A stretch of 64,000 nucleotides of DNA from an uncultured Actinomycetes bacterium (lineage in GTDB: Bacteria; Actinomycetota; UBA4738; HRBIN12): contig CAWFNS010000006.1 in assembly GCA_963817235.1 (NCBI GenBank), positions 204,163 through 268,162 of the forward strand, in the 5' to 3' direction. Each line of letters begins with the position of its first letter. The stretch's first letter is position 1. A program made the position numbers and the translations under genes. The notes under the pieces are model-generated. The model ran no database searches, had not been told where the DNA came from, and saw only the letters and a list, made by a program, of their open reading frames with translations. Of the stretch, positions 1 through 8,189 are shown one piece after another.

Positions 1-196
1 GGTTCGCCAGGGAGACGACCCACGCCAGGACGTCGGAGAACTCCAGCTCGAGGTTCGCGCGGTCGCCGGTGCGGATCGCGCGGGCGAGCTCGCCGACCTC
101 CTCCGTCAGCCACCGGAACGTCGCGTCGGGGCCGCGCTGCCGATCGCGGGCTTCGTACGTCCGCGCCATCGTCTGCTGGAATCCGGCGAGGTCCAT
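1..196 (-). CDS. MazG-like NTP pyrophosphohydrolase, N-terminal part only (gene continues beyond window start)
   Basis: Reverse translation from ATG at 196 gives MDLAGFQQTMARTYEARDRQRGPDATFRWLTEEVGELARAIRTGDRANLELEFSDVLAWVVSLAN. It contains the EExGE...ExxD helix pair typical of the MazG family. Truncated, so absent from the ORF track. Confidence 0.6.
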   Translation of the reverse strand, partial: MDLAGFQQTMARTYEARDRQRGPDATFRWLTEEVGELARAIRTGDRANLELEFSDVLAWVVSLAN

Positions 197-220
197 GGCG
201 CGGAGACTAGCCTTCGGGTC

Positions 221-265
221 TTGTCTACCGACCGGTAGATAATGCATCATCTACCACGTGGTAGA
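221..265 (+). promoter_or_regulatory. Promoter/operator module 1 upstream of the acyl-CoA reductase gene
   Basis: -35-like TTGTCT at 221-226. Palindrome TCTACCGACCGGTAGA at 224-239. -10-like CATCAT at 245-250. Perfect palindrome TCTACCACGTGGTAGA at 250-265, which covers the GTG start at 258. Near-identical module at 3109-3152. Confidence 0.6.
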
Positions 266-2540
266 GAACCGGGGCTCGATCGTCCAGGCGCTGGCCGGCA
301 AGCGCGTCTTCCTGACCGGCGTGACCGGCTTCCTCGGGCAGGTGATCCTCGAGCGGCTCCTCTTGGACTTCCCCGAGACCGCCGTGACGGTGCTCGTTCG
401 CTCGCAGACCTCCGCCTCCGCCGAGGAGCGGCTCCACTACCTGACGCGCAAGCCGGCGTTCGACGCGCTCCGCGCGCGTCTGGGCGGCGACGATGCGTTG
501 CTGCGGCTGCTGGACGACCGGGTGTCGGTCGTCGACGGCGACTTCACGCAGGGGGAGCCCTCGCTGCCGGCCGGCATCGACGTCGTGATCCACTCCGCCG
601 CGACGGTGAGCTTCGATCCGCCGATCGACGACGCGTTCCGGACGAACGTCCTCGGCGCGCAGAACCTGTATCGGGGCGTCCTCGCGGCCGGGAACGCGCC
701 GCACCTGGTCCACGTCTCGACGGCGTACGTCGCCGGCGTGCAGAAGGGCGTGATCCCGGAGGGGCCGCTGGAGCACCGGGTGGACTACGCCGTCGAGGCC
801 GAGATGGCGATGCGCGCCCGCTCCGAGGTCGAGCTCCAGTCGCGCAAGCCGGAGATGCTCGAGCACTTCATGGCGCGCGCCGCGAAGGATCACTCGCGCG
901 CCGGGCCGAACACGGTCTCGACCGATGCGGAGGAGCGACGGAAGGCCTGGGTCGACGCGCGGCTGATCGAGTACGGGCGGATGCGGGCGCGCACGCTCGG
1001 GTGGCCCGACGTGTACACGTTCACGAAGGCGATGGGCGAGCGGGCCGTGGAGGATCTGGCGCACGCCGAGGGCCTGAGCCTGTCGATCGTCCGTCCGAGC
1101 ATCATCGAGTCGGCGCTGGCGCACCCCGCGCCCGGGTGGATCGACGGGTTCAAGATGGCGGACCCGATCATCCGCGCCTACGGCCTGGGCCAGATCCCCG
1201 AGTTCCCCGGTATCCCCGAGGGCATCGTCGACCTGATCCCGGTCGACTACGTCGTGAACGCGATCGTCGCCGTGGCGGCGTCGCCGCCGCCGCGCGGCGA
1301 GCCCGCGCACTACAACGTTTCGAGCGGCGACCGGAACCCCCTGCGGTTCTTCGAGCTGTACGAGTACGTCCGCGAGTACTTCGAGGCGCATCCTCTCCCC
1401 GAGCGGGGTCGCGGCGAGCACAAGGTGCCGACCTGGGACTTCCCCGGCGACCTGACCGTCGAGCGCATGCTCCGCCGCGCGGAGCGCTTCACCGATCTGG
1501 CCGAGAAGGTCGTGACGCACCTGCCGAAGTCGAAGGCGATGCGGGACGCCGTCACCCGGGTGGACCGCGACAAGGCGCGTGTGGACTTCGTGAAGCGGTA
1601 CTCCGATCTCTACGGGATGTACACCGAGACCGAGGTCGTCTACACGGACGAGCGCGTCGTCGCGCTCTGGAGCGGTCTGTCCGACGAGGACCGGGCGCGG
1701 TTCCCGTTCGACGCCGGCGTGCTCGACTGGAAGCACTACCTCCAGGACGTGCACTGTCCGGCGGTGACGCAGTCGCTCCGGGAGCTGTCGCGCAAGGACC
1801 GGGAGAAGCCGACGGTCACGATCCGGCGCGCCGACGAGCCGGCCCTCGCGGTGTTCGACATGGAGGGAACCATCATCTCCTCGAACGTCGTCGAGTCCTA
1901 CGTGTGGGCGCGCTTCGCCGATCTGGAGGCGAACGAGTGGCCGGCCGAGCTCGTGAGCGTGTTCGGGCGGATCCCCGGCTACCTCCAGACCGATCGCCGC
2001 GACCGGGGCGACTTCCTGCGGACGTTCTTCCGCCGCTACGAGGGGGCGAGCGTCGAGCAGCTCGACCGCCTGATCGACGGTCACGTCGCCGAGTTCATGC
2101 TCCAGAAGGCCTCGCCGGCCGCGATCCGCCGCGTCCGCGAGCACCGCGCGGCCGGCCATCGCACCATCATGATCACCGCCGCCGCGGAGCCGTTCGTCCG
2201 GCCGCTCGCGCCGCTGTTCGACGTGCTGATCGGCGCGGAGCTCGAGGAGCGCGACGGCCGGTACACCGGGTTCATGTCGCAGCCGCCGCTCGTCGGGGAG
2301 GCGAGGGCCGCCTGGTTGCGACGGTACGCCCAGCAGGAGGGCGTGGATCTGCGACGGTCCTTCGCGTACGCCGACTCGTACTCGGACCTGCCGCTGCTGC
2401 GCGCGGTCGGACATCCCGTCGCCGTGTCGCCGGACTCGCAGCTGTACCGGTTCGCCCGTCGTCGGCGCTGGCCGATCGAAGAGTGGGCGATGTCGAAGGG
2501 CATGCCGAAGGTGCGCTTCCCGAAGCCGGCCGTCCGCTAG
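258..2540 (+). CDS. Fatty acyl-CoA reductase (NAD_binding_4/SDR-type) fused to a C-terminal HAD-IB (SerB-like) hydrolase domain
   Basis: 760-aa ORF. Rossmann motif FLTGVTGFLG and YTFTK (YxxxK) in the N-terminal ~400 aa. The C-terminal ~250 aa begins with HAD motif I-like FDMEGTI and ends with YADSYSDLPLL (HAD motif IV-like). Confidence 0.8.
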   Translation: MVENRGSIVQALAGKRVFLTGVTGFLGQVILERLLLDFPETAVTVLVRSQTSASAEERLHYLTRKPAFDALRARLGGDDALLRLLDDRVSVVDGDFTQGEPSLPAGIDVVIHSAATVSFDPPIDDAFRTNVLGAQNLYRGVLAAGNAPHLVHVSTAYVAGVQKGVIPEGPLEHRVDYAVEAEMAMRARSEVELQSRKPEMLEHFMARAAKDHSRAGPNTVSTDAEERRKAWVDARLIEYGRMRARTLGWPDVYTFTKAMGERAVEDLAHAEGLSLSIVRPSIIESALAHPAPGWIDGFKMADPIIRAYGLGQIPEFPGIPEGIVDLIPVDYVVNAIVAVAASPPPRGEPAHYNVSSGDRNPLRFFELYEYVREYFEAHPLPERGRGEHKVPTWDFPGDLTVERMLRRAERFTDLAEKVVTHLPKSKAMRDAVTRVDRDKARVDFVKRYSDLYGMYTETEVVYTDERVVALWSGLSDEDRARFPFDAGVLDWKHYLQDVHCPAVTQSLRELSRKDREKPTVTIRRADEPALAVFDMEGTIISSNVVESYVWARFADLEANEWPAELVSVFGRIPGYLQTDRRDRGDFLRTFFRRYEGASVEQLDRLIDGHVAEFMLQKASPAAIRRVREHRAAGHRTIMITAAAEPFVRPLAPLFDVLIGAELEERDGRYTGFMSQPPLVGEARAAWLRRYAQQEGVDLRRSFAYADSYSDLPLLRAVGHPVAVSPDSQLYRFARRRRWPIEEWAMSKGMPKVRFPKPAVR

Positions 2541-3049
2541 CCGTCCTCCGGCTCGGCCAACTCCGGCACCAGCTCGGCCGGGTCGTCGCCCAGGAGGTAC
2601 CGGGCGCTCGTGCCCTTCGTGGCGGCGATGTCCTGCGGGTTGTAGAGGCCGCACGTCTGCAACGAGAGGCAGCCGCAGCCGATGCAGCTCGTCAGCTCGT
2701 CCCGGAGCCGCTCGAGCGTGCCGATCCGCTCGTCCAGCTCGCCCCGCCACGAACGGCTGAGCTTGGCCCACTGCGCCTTCGTCGGTGCCCGGTCGGGCGG
2801 CAAGGTCGCGAGGGCCGCCGCCACCTCCTGGAGCGACATGCCCATCCGCTGCGCGATCCGGATGAACGCGACGCGACGGAGCACGTGCCGGGGGTAGACG
2901 CGGTGGCCGCCGCTGGTCCGTTCCGAGCGGATCAGCCCGAGCGACTCGTAGAAGCGCAGGGCCGACGTCGCGACGTCGCTGCGGGCCGCGACCTCGCCGA
3001 TCGAGAGCCCGTCGTTCGGAGACTTCGGCTCGGTGGCGGTGCTTCGCAT
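2537..3049 (-). CDS. soxR: SoxR-type MerR-family redox-sensing transcriptional regulator
   Basis: MerR HTH IGEVAARSDVATSALRFYESLGLI, plus the C-terminal [2Fe-2S] cysteine signature CIGCGCLSLQTCGLYNP. Confidence 0.9.
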   Translation of the reverse strand: MRSTATEPKSPNDGLSIGEVAARSDVATSALRFYESLGLIRSERTSGGHRVYPRHVLRRVAFIRIAQRMGMSLQEVAAALATLPPDRAPTKAQWAKLSRSWRGELDERIGTLERLRDELTSCIGCGCLSLQTCGLYNPQDIAATKGTSARYLLGDDPAELVPELAEPEDG

Positions 3050-3108
3050 GTGATAGCAATCCTAAAGTTCCCTCGAGGTTTGTCCCGGGTCGAGGAAAGA
3101 CTTGCTAC

Positions 3109-3152
3109 TTGTCTACCAACCGGTAGAGATGCATAATCTGCCACATGGTAGA
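3109..3152 (+). promoter_or_regulatory. Promoter/operator module 2 upstream of the ADH operon
   Basis: -35-like TTGTCT at 3109-3114. Palindrome TCTACCAACCGGTAGA at 3112-3127. -10 CATAAT at 3132-3137 (17-bp spacer). Palindrome TCTGCCACATGGTAGA at 3137-3152, which covers an ATG at 3145. Confidence 0.6.
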
Positions 3153-3189
3153 CAAAGGCTCGGGGGCGCTCGCGGGGCGAGAGTCGTGA
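3145..3189 (+). other. Possible leaderless 14-codon mini-ORF (MVDKGSGALAGRES) coupled to the ADH start
   Basis: The ATG at 3145 sits 7-8 nt after the -10 box. The stop TGA at 3187-3189 overlaps the GTG at 3186-3188 (GTGA). The first codons (ATG GTA GAC) mirror the start of the reductase gene (GTG GTA GAG). It could instead be the true ADH start, disrupted by an indel. Confidence 0.3.
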
Positions 3190-4404
3190 CGACCCTTGCG
3201 CTGGAGTACTTCCGTAGCGTGCCCCGATACGTTGGCGCCCGAACCGTCGGCGCGAAAGCCCCGGGGTTGATCGCCGGACCGCTCGCGCCGCTCCGCCTGG
3301 CGCAGATCAAGGATCCCGCCCCGCCGAAGGGCCGCGACGGCTGGGTGCGCGTGAAGCCGGTCCTGTCCGGCATCTGCGGCAGCGATCTGTCGACCCTGGC
3401 CGGGCGCTCCTCGTTCTACTTCTCGCCGCTCGTGTCGACGCCGTTCGTCCCCGGCCACGAGGTGGTCGGCGAGCTCCTCGACGCGGTCGACGACATCCCC
3501 GTGGGCGGCCGCGTCGTGCTCTCGTCGGTGCTGGGATGCGAGGCTCGCGGCGAGGACCCGCTCTGCCCGAACTGCGCGGCCGGCGACGTCGGCCGCTGCG
3601 ACCGCGTCACCGTCGGGCACCTGAAGCCCGGCCTGCAGACCGGCTACTGCGCGCAGACGGGCGGCGGCTGGAGCCGGCAGTTCGTCGCGCATCGCTCGCA
3701 GCTCCACGCGGTCCCCGACGCGACCTCGGACGAGGCCGCCGTGCTGGTCGAGCCGTTCGCGTGCGCGATCCACGCCGCGCTCCGTGCCCGGATCGAGCCG
3801 GGGCAGACCGTCGTGATCGTCGGGGCCGGGACCGTCGGGATCCTCACGCTCATCGCGGTGCGGCTGCTCACGCAGCCGGGACAGGTCATCGTCGCCGCGA
3901 AACATCCGAAGCAGCGCGCGGCCGCGCGTCTGGCCGGCGCGGACGAGGTCGTGCTTCCCGCGCACACGGCGAAGGCCGTGCGGCGGGTCAGCAGCGCGGT
4001 GAAGCTCACGCCGGAGCGCGGCCAGGACTTCCTGCTCGGCGGCGCCGACGTGGCGATCGAGTGCGTCGGCTCTCGCGGCGGACTCGATCTGGCGCTGCGG
4101 ACGGTCCGGGCCGGCGGCCGTGTGGTCGTGAGCGGCATCCCCGGCGCCGGCGCGGATCTCACGCCGCTGTGGTTCCGCGAGCTCGAGCTGGTCGGCGCGT
4201 ACACCTCCGGCACGGAGACCATGCCCGACGGATCGCGCGTGCGGACGTTCGATCTGGCGCTCGGCGCGGCCGGGAACCTGCCCGGTGCTCGAGCAGCTGG
4301 TCGGGGCCACGTATCCGCTGGACCGGTGGCGCGAGGCGATCGACCACGCGATGTCCGCCGGGAAGCTCGGCACGTTCAAGGTGGCGTTCGCGCCGCAGGG
4401 ATAA
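3186..4404 (+). CDS. Zinc-dependent medium-chain alcohol dehydrogenase/reductase (frame disruption near 4275-4295)
   Basis: Motifs GICGSD, PGHEVVGE, the structural-Zn cluster CEARGEDPLCPNCAAGDVGRC, and Rossmann GAGTVG. The C-terminus LEQLVGATYPLDRWREAIDHAMSAGKLGTFKVAFAPQG is in another frame and ends at TAA 4402-4404. Confidence 0.8.
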
Positions 4405-4420
4405 GGAGAGCCGCAGACAG

Positions 4421-6011
4421 ATGCCCAGACCAGGGTTCGTGTTGGAGGTGGACGAGCGGACGCCGCCCTTGATCGTCCACGAGGGCGAGGGCTACCGGAT
4501 GCAGCGGTTCCCGCTGGGCACGCGCGTCGTGTACCCGCCGGATCCGCTGCCGGGCCTGCGCGACCTCAACGCGCAGATCCGTCGCGCGCTGCTCGAGCCG
4601 GCCGGCGATCAGGAGCCGCTGCCCGAGCTGTTGTTCGCGGGGATGAAGCTCACGATCGCGGTCGACGACCTCTCGGTCCCGCTGCCGCCGATGGTGACCC
4701 CGGACGTGCGTCAGCGCGTGCTCGAGCACGTGATCGAGCTGGCCGCCCGCGCCGGGGTGGAGGACCTCGAGATCGTCGTGGCGACGGCGCTGCACCGCCG
4801 GATGACGCCCGAGGAGATCCGCCGGATGGTCGGCGAGCGCGTCTACCGCTCCTTCTGGCCCGATCGCCTGTACAACTTCGACGCCGAGGACAAGGACGGG
4901 CTCGCGTACATCGGCCAGACCGACATGGGCGAGGACGTCGAGATCATGAAGCGGGCGGCCGAGTCCGACCTGATCGTCTACGTGAACATCAACCTCGTGG
5001 CGATGGACGGCGGCCACAAGTCGGTCGCGATCGGCCTGGCCAGCTACAAGAGCCTTCGGCACCACCACAACGTGCACACGATGCTCGAGTCGAAGAGCTA
5101 CATGGATCCGCGTCCGGGACACTCGGCGATCAACGACTCGAGCATCCGGATGGGCAGGCTCCTCGCCGCCAACGGCGTGAAGGTGTTCCAGATCGAGACC
5201 ACGGTGAACAGCGAGACCTTCCCGTCGCAGCTCGGGTTCCTCAACAAGCGGGAATGGGAGTGGTCCGTGAAGGACCAGGCCCTGATGATGGCCGCGAAGA
5301 AGGGGAACGACCTCGCGCCGCCGCGCGTGCGGCGGGAGTTCTTCCGTCGGATCGAGGCGTCGTACAAGGTCACCGGCGTCAACGCCGGCGAGGTGGAGGC
5401 GGTCCACGAGCGGACGCTCGAGAACCTGCACCGCCAGCAGCTGGTCGAGGTGAGCGGCCAGTCCGACGTCGTGGTGATGGGGATCCCGTACCTCGGGCCG
5501 TACAACGTCAACTCGATCCTGAACCCGATCCTCGTGCACTGCCTCGGGCTCGGGCTACCTGTTCAACATGTACCGGAACGCGCCGCTCGTGCGCGAGGGC
5601 GGCGTCGCGATCCTGTACCACCCGGTGCCGTGGGAGTTCCACACGATCCACCACCCGAGCTACATCGACTTCTTCGAGGAGGTCCTGGCCGACACGACGG
5701 AGCCGAAGGAGATCGAGGACCGCTACGAGGAGCGGTACGCGACCGACCCCTGGTACACGCACCTGTACCGCACGTCGAACGCGTATCACGGCGTGCACCC
5801 GTTCTACATGTGGTACTGGGGCGCGCACGGCCGGGACCACTGCGGCAGCGTGATCTTCGTCGGCGGCGAGCCGAAGACGGTGGCGCGCCTGGGCTACCGC
5901 CGCGCCGACTCGCTCCGCGACGCGTTGGAGATGGCGAAGGACACCGTGGGCTCGTCGCCGTCGATCACGTACTTCCACGCGCCGCCGATCATGATCGCCG
6001 ACGTCCGGTAG
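4421..6011 (+). CDS. LarA-like (DUF2088, nickel-pincer-dependent racemase/epimerase family) protein (frame disruption near 5535-5565)
   Basis: The internal ATG at 4421 of ORF 3536..6193 (MPRPGFVLEV...) joins ORF 5568..6011. Motifs ATALHRR and MDGGHKS...RHHHNVH resemble the catalytic His, the cofactor-tethering Lys and the Ni-ligand His of LarA. Confidence 0.7.
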
Positions 6012-6015
6012 AGCG

Positions 6016-6925
6016 ATGGGCGCGCGCGACGAACTGCAGGAGATGGCCCGGGGGTTCCGGTGGGGGCGCCGACCCCTGGTGCCGCGCTCGGCCGAGCCGT
6101 ACACCGAGGAGCGTGAGGACGGAGGGTTCCCGACGGACTGGGCCCGGACCGCGGGCGGCGTCGCCGCGCGACAGGCGATCCTCCAGGGGTTGATGCATCC
6201 GCTCGTGAAGAACGAGCTGTCGCTCCGGGTCTACGGTCTCGACCGGCTGCGCGACGTGCGCGGCCCGGTGATCTTCTACTCGAACCACTCGAGCCACCTG
6301 GACGCGACGCTGATCATGTGCACCCTGCCCGACCGGTTCCAACGCAAGACGGCCGTCGGCGCCGCGCGCGACTACTTCTTCGACGTGTGGTGGCGGCAGG
6401 CGTTCACCGCGCTCGTGTTCGCCGCGTTCCCGATCGATCGCGGTCGCGGCGGCCAGGGCGCGATCGACAAGGCCCGGGAGCTCGTCCGCGACGACTGGTC
6501 CATCGTGGTCTTCCCCGAAGGCACGCGATCGCCGGACGGGCATCTCCAACGGTTCCGGCACGGGGCGGCGCGCCTCGCGCTGGAGCTGGAGGTCCCGTGC
6601 GTGCCGATCGCGATCGTCGGCGCGTTCCAGGCGATGCCGAAGGGCAAGTGGTGGCCGCGGGAGGGCCGGCCGGTCGTGACCATCCGCTACGGGGAAGCGA
6701 TCGAGGCCACAGACGGCCGAGACGCACCAGTCGCTGTCGTTGCGGATGCAGCAGGCCGTGGCGCAGCTGTTCGACGAGGATCGGACGTCGTGGTGGGAGG
6801 CGATCGGTCGTGCCGACCGCGGTGAGACGCCGTCGCTCGCGGGGCCGTCCGGTTCGGCCTGGCGCCGCACGTGGGAGGGGACGCGGCCGGTGGCGCGCCG
6901 CGGCGAGCCGAAAGCCTGGCGATAG
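6016..6925 (+). CDS. plsC: 1-acyl-sn-glycerol-3-phosphate acyltransferase family (PlsC/AGPAT-like) (frame disruption near 6695-6740)
   Basis: NHSSHLD (HX4D) and FPEGTRS acyltransferase motifs. The C-terminal part (MQQAVAQLFDEDRTSWWEAI...) is in ORF 6740..6925. Confidence 0.8.
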
Positions 6926-6929
6926 CCGC

Positions 6930-7544
6930 ATGCCGCGGACGGGGGGAGAGCGCCGCCGAACCACGATCATCGAAGAGGCGATCCGACAGTTCGGGCGGGA
7001 CGGGTTCAAGGGCGCGTCGCTCGAGCACATCGCGCAGGCGGTCGGGGTCCGCAAGCAGACGCTCCTGTACTACTTCCCCACGAAGGACGCGTTGCTCGAG
7101 GCCTGCTTGACGGCCGCCGGCGATCGGCTCGCGGCCGACATCGGCGCCGCGCTCGCGGACGCCGAGTCGTATTGGGAGAAGGCGGAGGCGGTGATCCACG
7201 CCGTCTTCCGGCTGGCGGCGGACTGGCCCGAGTTCCCGATGTTCGTGCGTGAGGCCGGTCGCTTGGGACCGGAGGCGTTCGACCGGTTCGCGGCCGTGAT
7301 CGATCCGCTCCGCGAGCGCGCGATCGGCTTCCTGCAGACCGGGATGGACGGCGGGGAGATCCGGAAACAGGACCCGGCGATGCTGCTGTTCACGCTCTAC
7401 ACCGCGGTCGTCGGGGCGCTCACCGAGGCATCGGTGCTGAACGCGGTCGTGGGCAACGATGAGAGCCGTGCGTCACTGAAGCGGCGGGAGATCGAGACGC
7501 TGGCGTTCGTCCGGGCGGCGATGCGCCCGCCGGCTCAGGAGTAG
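6930..7544 (+). CDS. TetR-family transcriptional regulator
   Basis: Internal ATG of ORF 6318..7544. N-terminal HTH IIEEAIRQFGRDGFKGASLEHIAQAVGVRKQTLLYYFPTKDALL. It starts 5 nt after the acyltransferase stop, so it is the last gene of the operon. Confidence 0.85.
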   Translation: MPRTGGERRRTTIIEEAIRQFGRDGFKGASLEHIAQAVGVRKQTLLYYFPTKDALLEACLTAAGDRLAADIGAALADAESYWEKAEAVIHAVFRLAADWPEFPMFVREAGRLGPEAFDRFAAVIDPLRERAIGFLQTGMDGGEIRKQDPAMLLFTLYTAVVGALTEASVLNAVVGNDESRASLKRREIETLAFVRAAMRPPAQE

Positions 7545-8137
7545 AACTCGACGATCAACCGCTCTTCGAGCGGGACCGGCAGCGGGATCTCGTCGCGCTC
7601 GGGGAGACGCGACAGCGTGCCCGAGACCTCGTCCTTGTTCCGGTACAGGTAGACGGGCGGGTCGGGCGTGATCTCGAGCGCCTCGCGGACCGGGATGAAG
7701 TTCCGGGCCTTCTCCGACACCGTGATCGTCTGGCCGGGCTTGACCTGGGCGCTCGGGACGTCCGTGCGACGGCCGTCGATCGAGACGTGGCCGTGGGAGA
7801 CGAGCTGGCGCGCTTGGGGGGTCGACAGGGCGAACCCGAGCCGGAGGCAGACGGTGTCCAGCCGGGTCTCGAGCTGCCGCAGGAGCTCCTCGCCCGTCAC
7901 GCCCGTCCGGGACGTGGCGCGCTCGAAGTAGCGACGCATCTGCTTCTCGTTCACCCGGTAGATCGCCCGCAGCTTCTGCTTCTCCAGCAGGCGCGTCTGG
8001 TACTCGGAGATCCGCTTGCGACCGCGGCCGTGCTGGCCGGGCGGGTAGGGACGCTTGTTGGCGGGGCAGTTGGGGCGGCCGCACAGGGGCGCGCCGACGC
8101 GCCTGCAGGTGCGGTGCTTGGGTCCGGTCTTGTTCAT
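7535..8137 (-). CDS. rpsD: 30S ribosomal protein S4
   Basis: Starts at M63 of ORF 7535..8323: MNKTGPKHRTCRRVGAPLCGRPNCPANKRPYPPGQHGRGRKRISEYQTRLLEKQKLR... Contains an S4 domain (LDTVCLRLGFALSTPQARQLVSHGHVSIDG). Confidence 0.93.
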   Translation of the reverse strand: MNKTGPKHRTCRRVGAPLCGRPNCPANKRPYPPGQHGRGRKRISEYQTRLLEKQKLRAIYRVNEKQMRRYFERATSRTGVTGEELLRQLETRLDTVCLRLGFALSTPQARQLVSHGHVSIDGRRTDVPSAQVKPGQTITVSEKARNFIPVREALEITPDPPVYLYRNKDEVSGTLSRLPERDEIPLPVPLEERLIVEFYS

Positions 8138-8189
8138 GCGGACGCCAAGGCTACCAGAGGATCCATGGCTGTGACCTGCGACGATGCGG

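Noticed and set aside
225-3059. Very long ORFs on the opposite strand or in other frames of real genes. Examples: 225..3059(-) 944 aa, 242..3136(+) 964 aa, 11480..13855(-) 791 aa, 32070..35051(+) 993 aa, 35787..41057(+) 1756 aa, 47460..49739(-) 759 aa and 58768..61287(+) 839 aa.
   Set aside because: Their translations are Arg/Pro/Gly/Ala-rich low-complexity strings with no motifs, and they overlap genes with clear family signatures. Stop-poor alternative frames like these are expected at ~70% GC.
3066-3098. A possible SoxR box in the soxR-ADH intergenic region (TTCCCTCGA-N13-TCGAGGAA).
   Set aside because: The arms are imperfect, and the spacing is much larger than the compact ~18-bp SoxR palindrome that normally sits inside a 19-bp promoter spacer. 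I cannot support it as a SoxR site.
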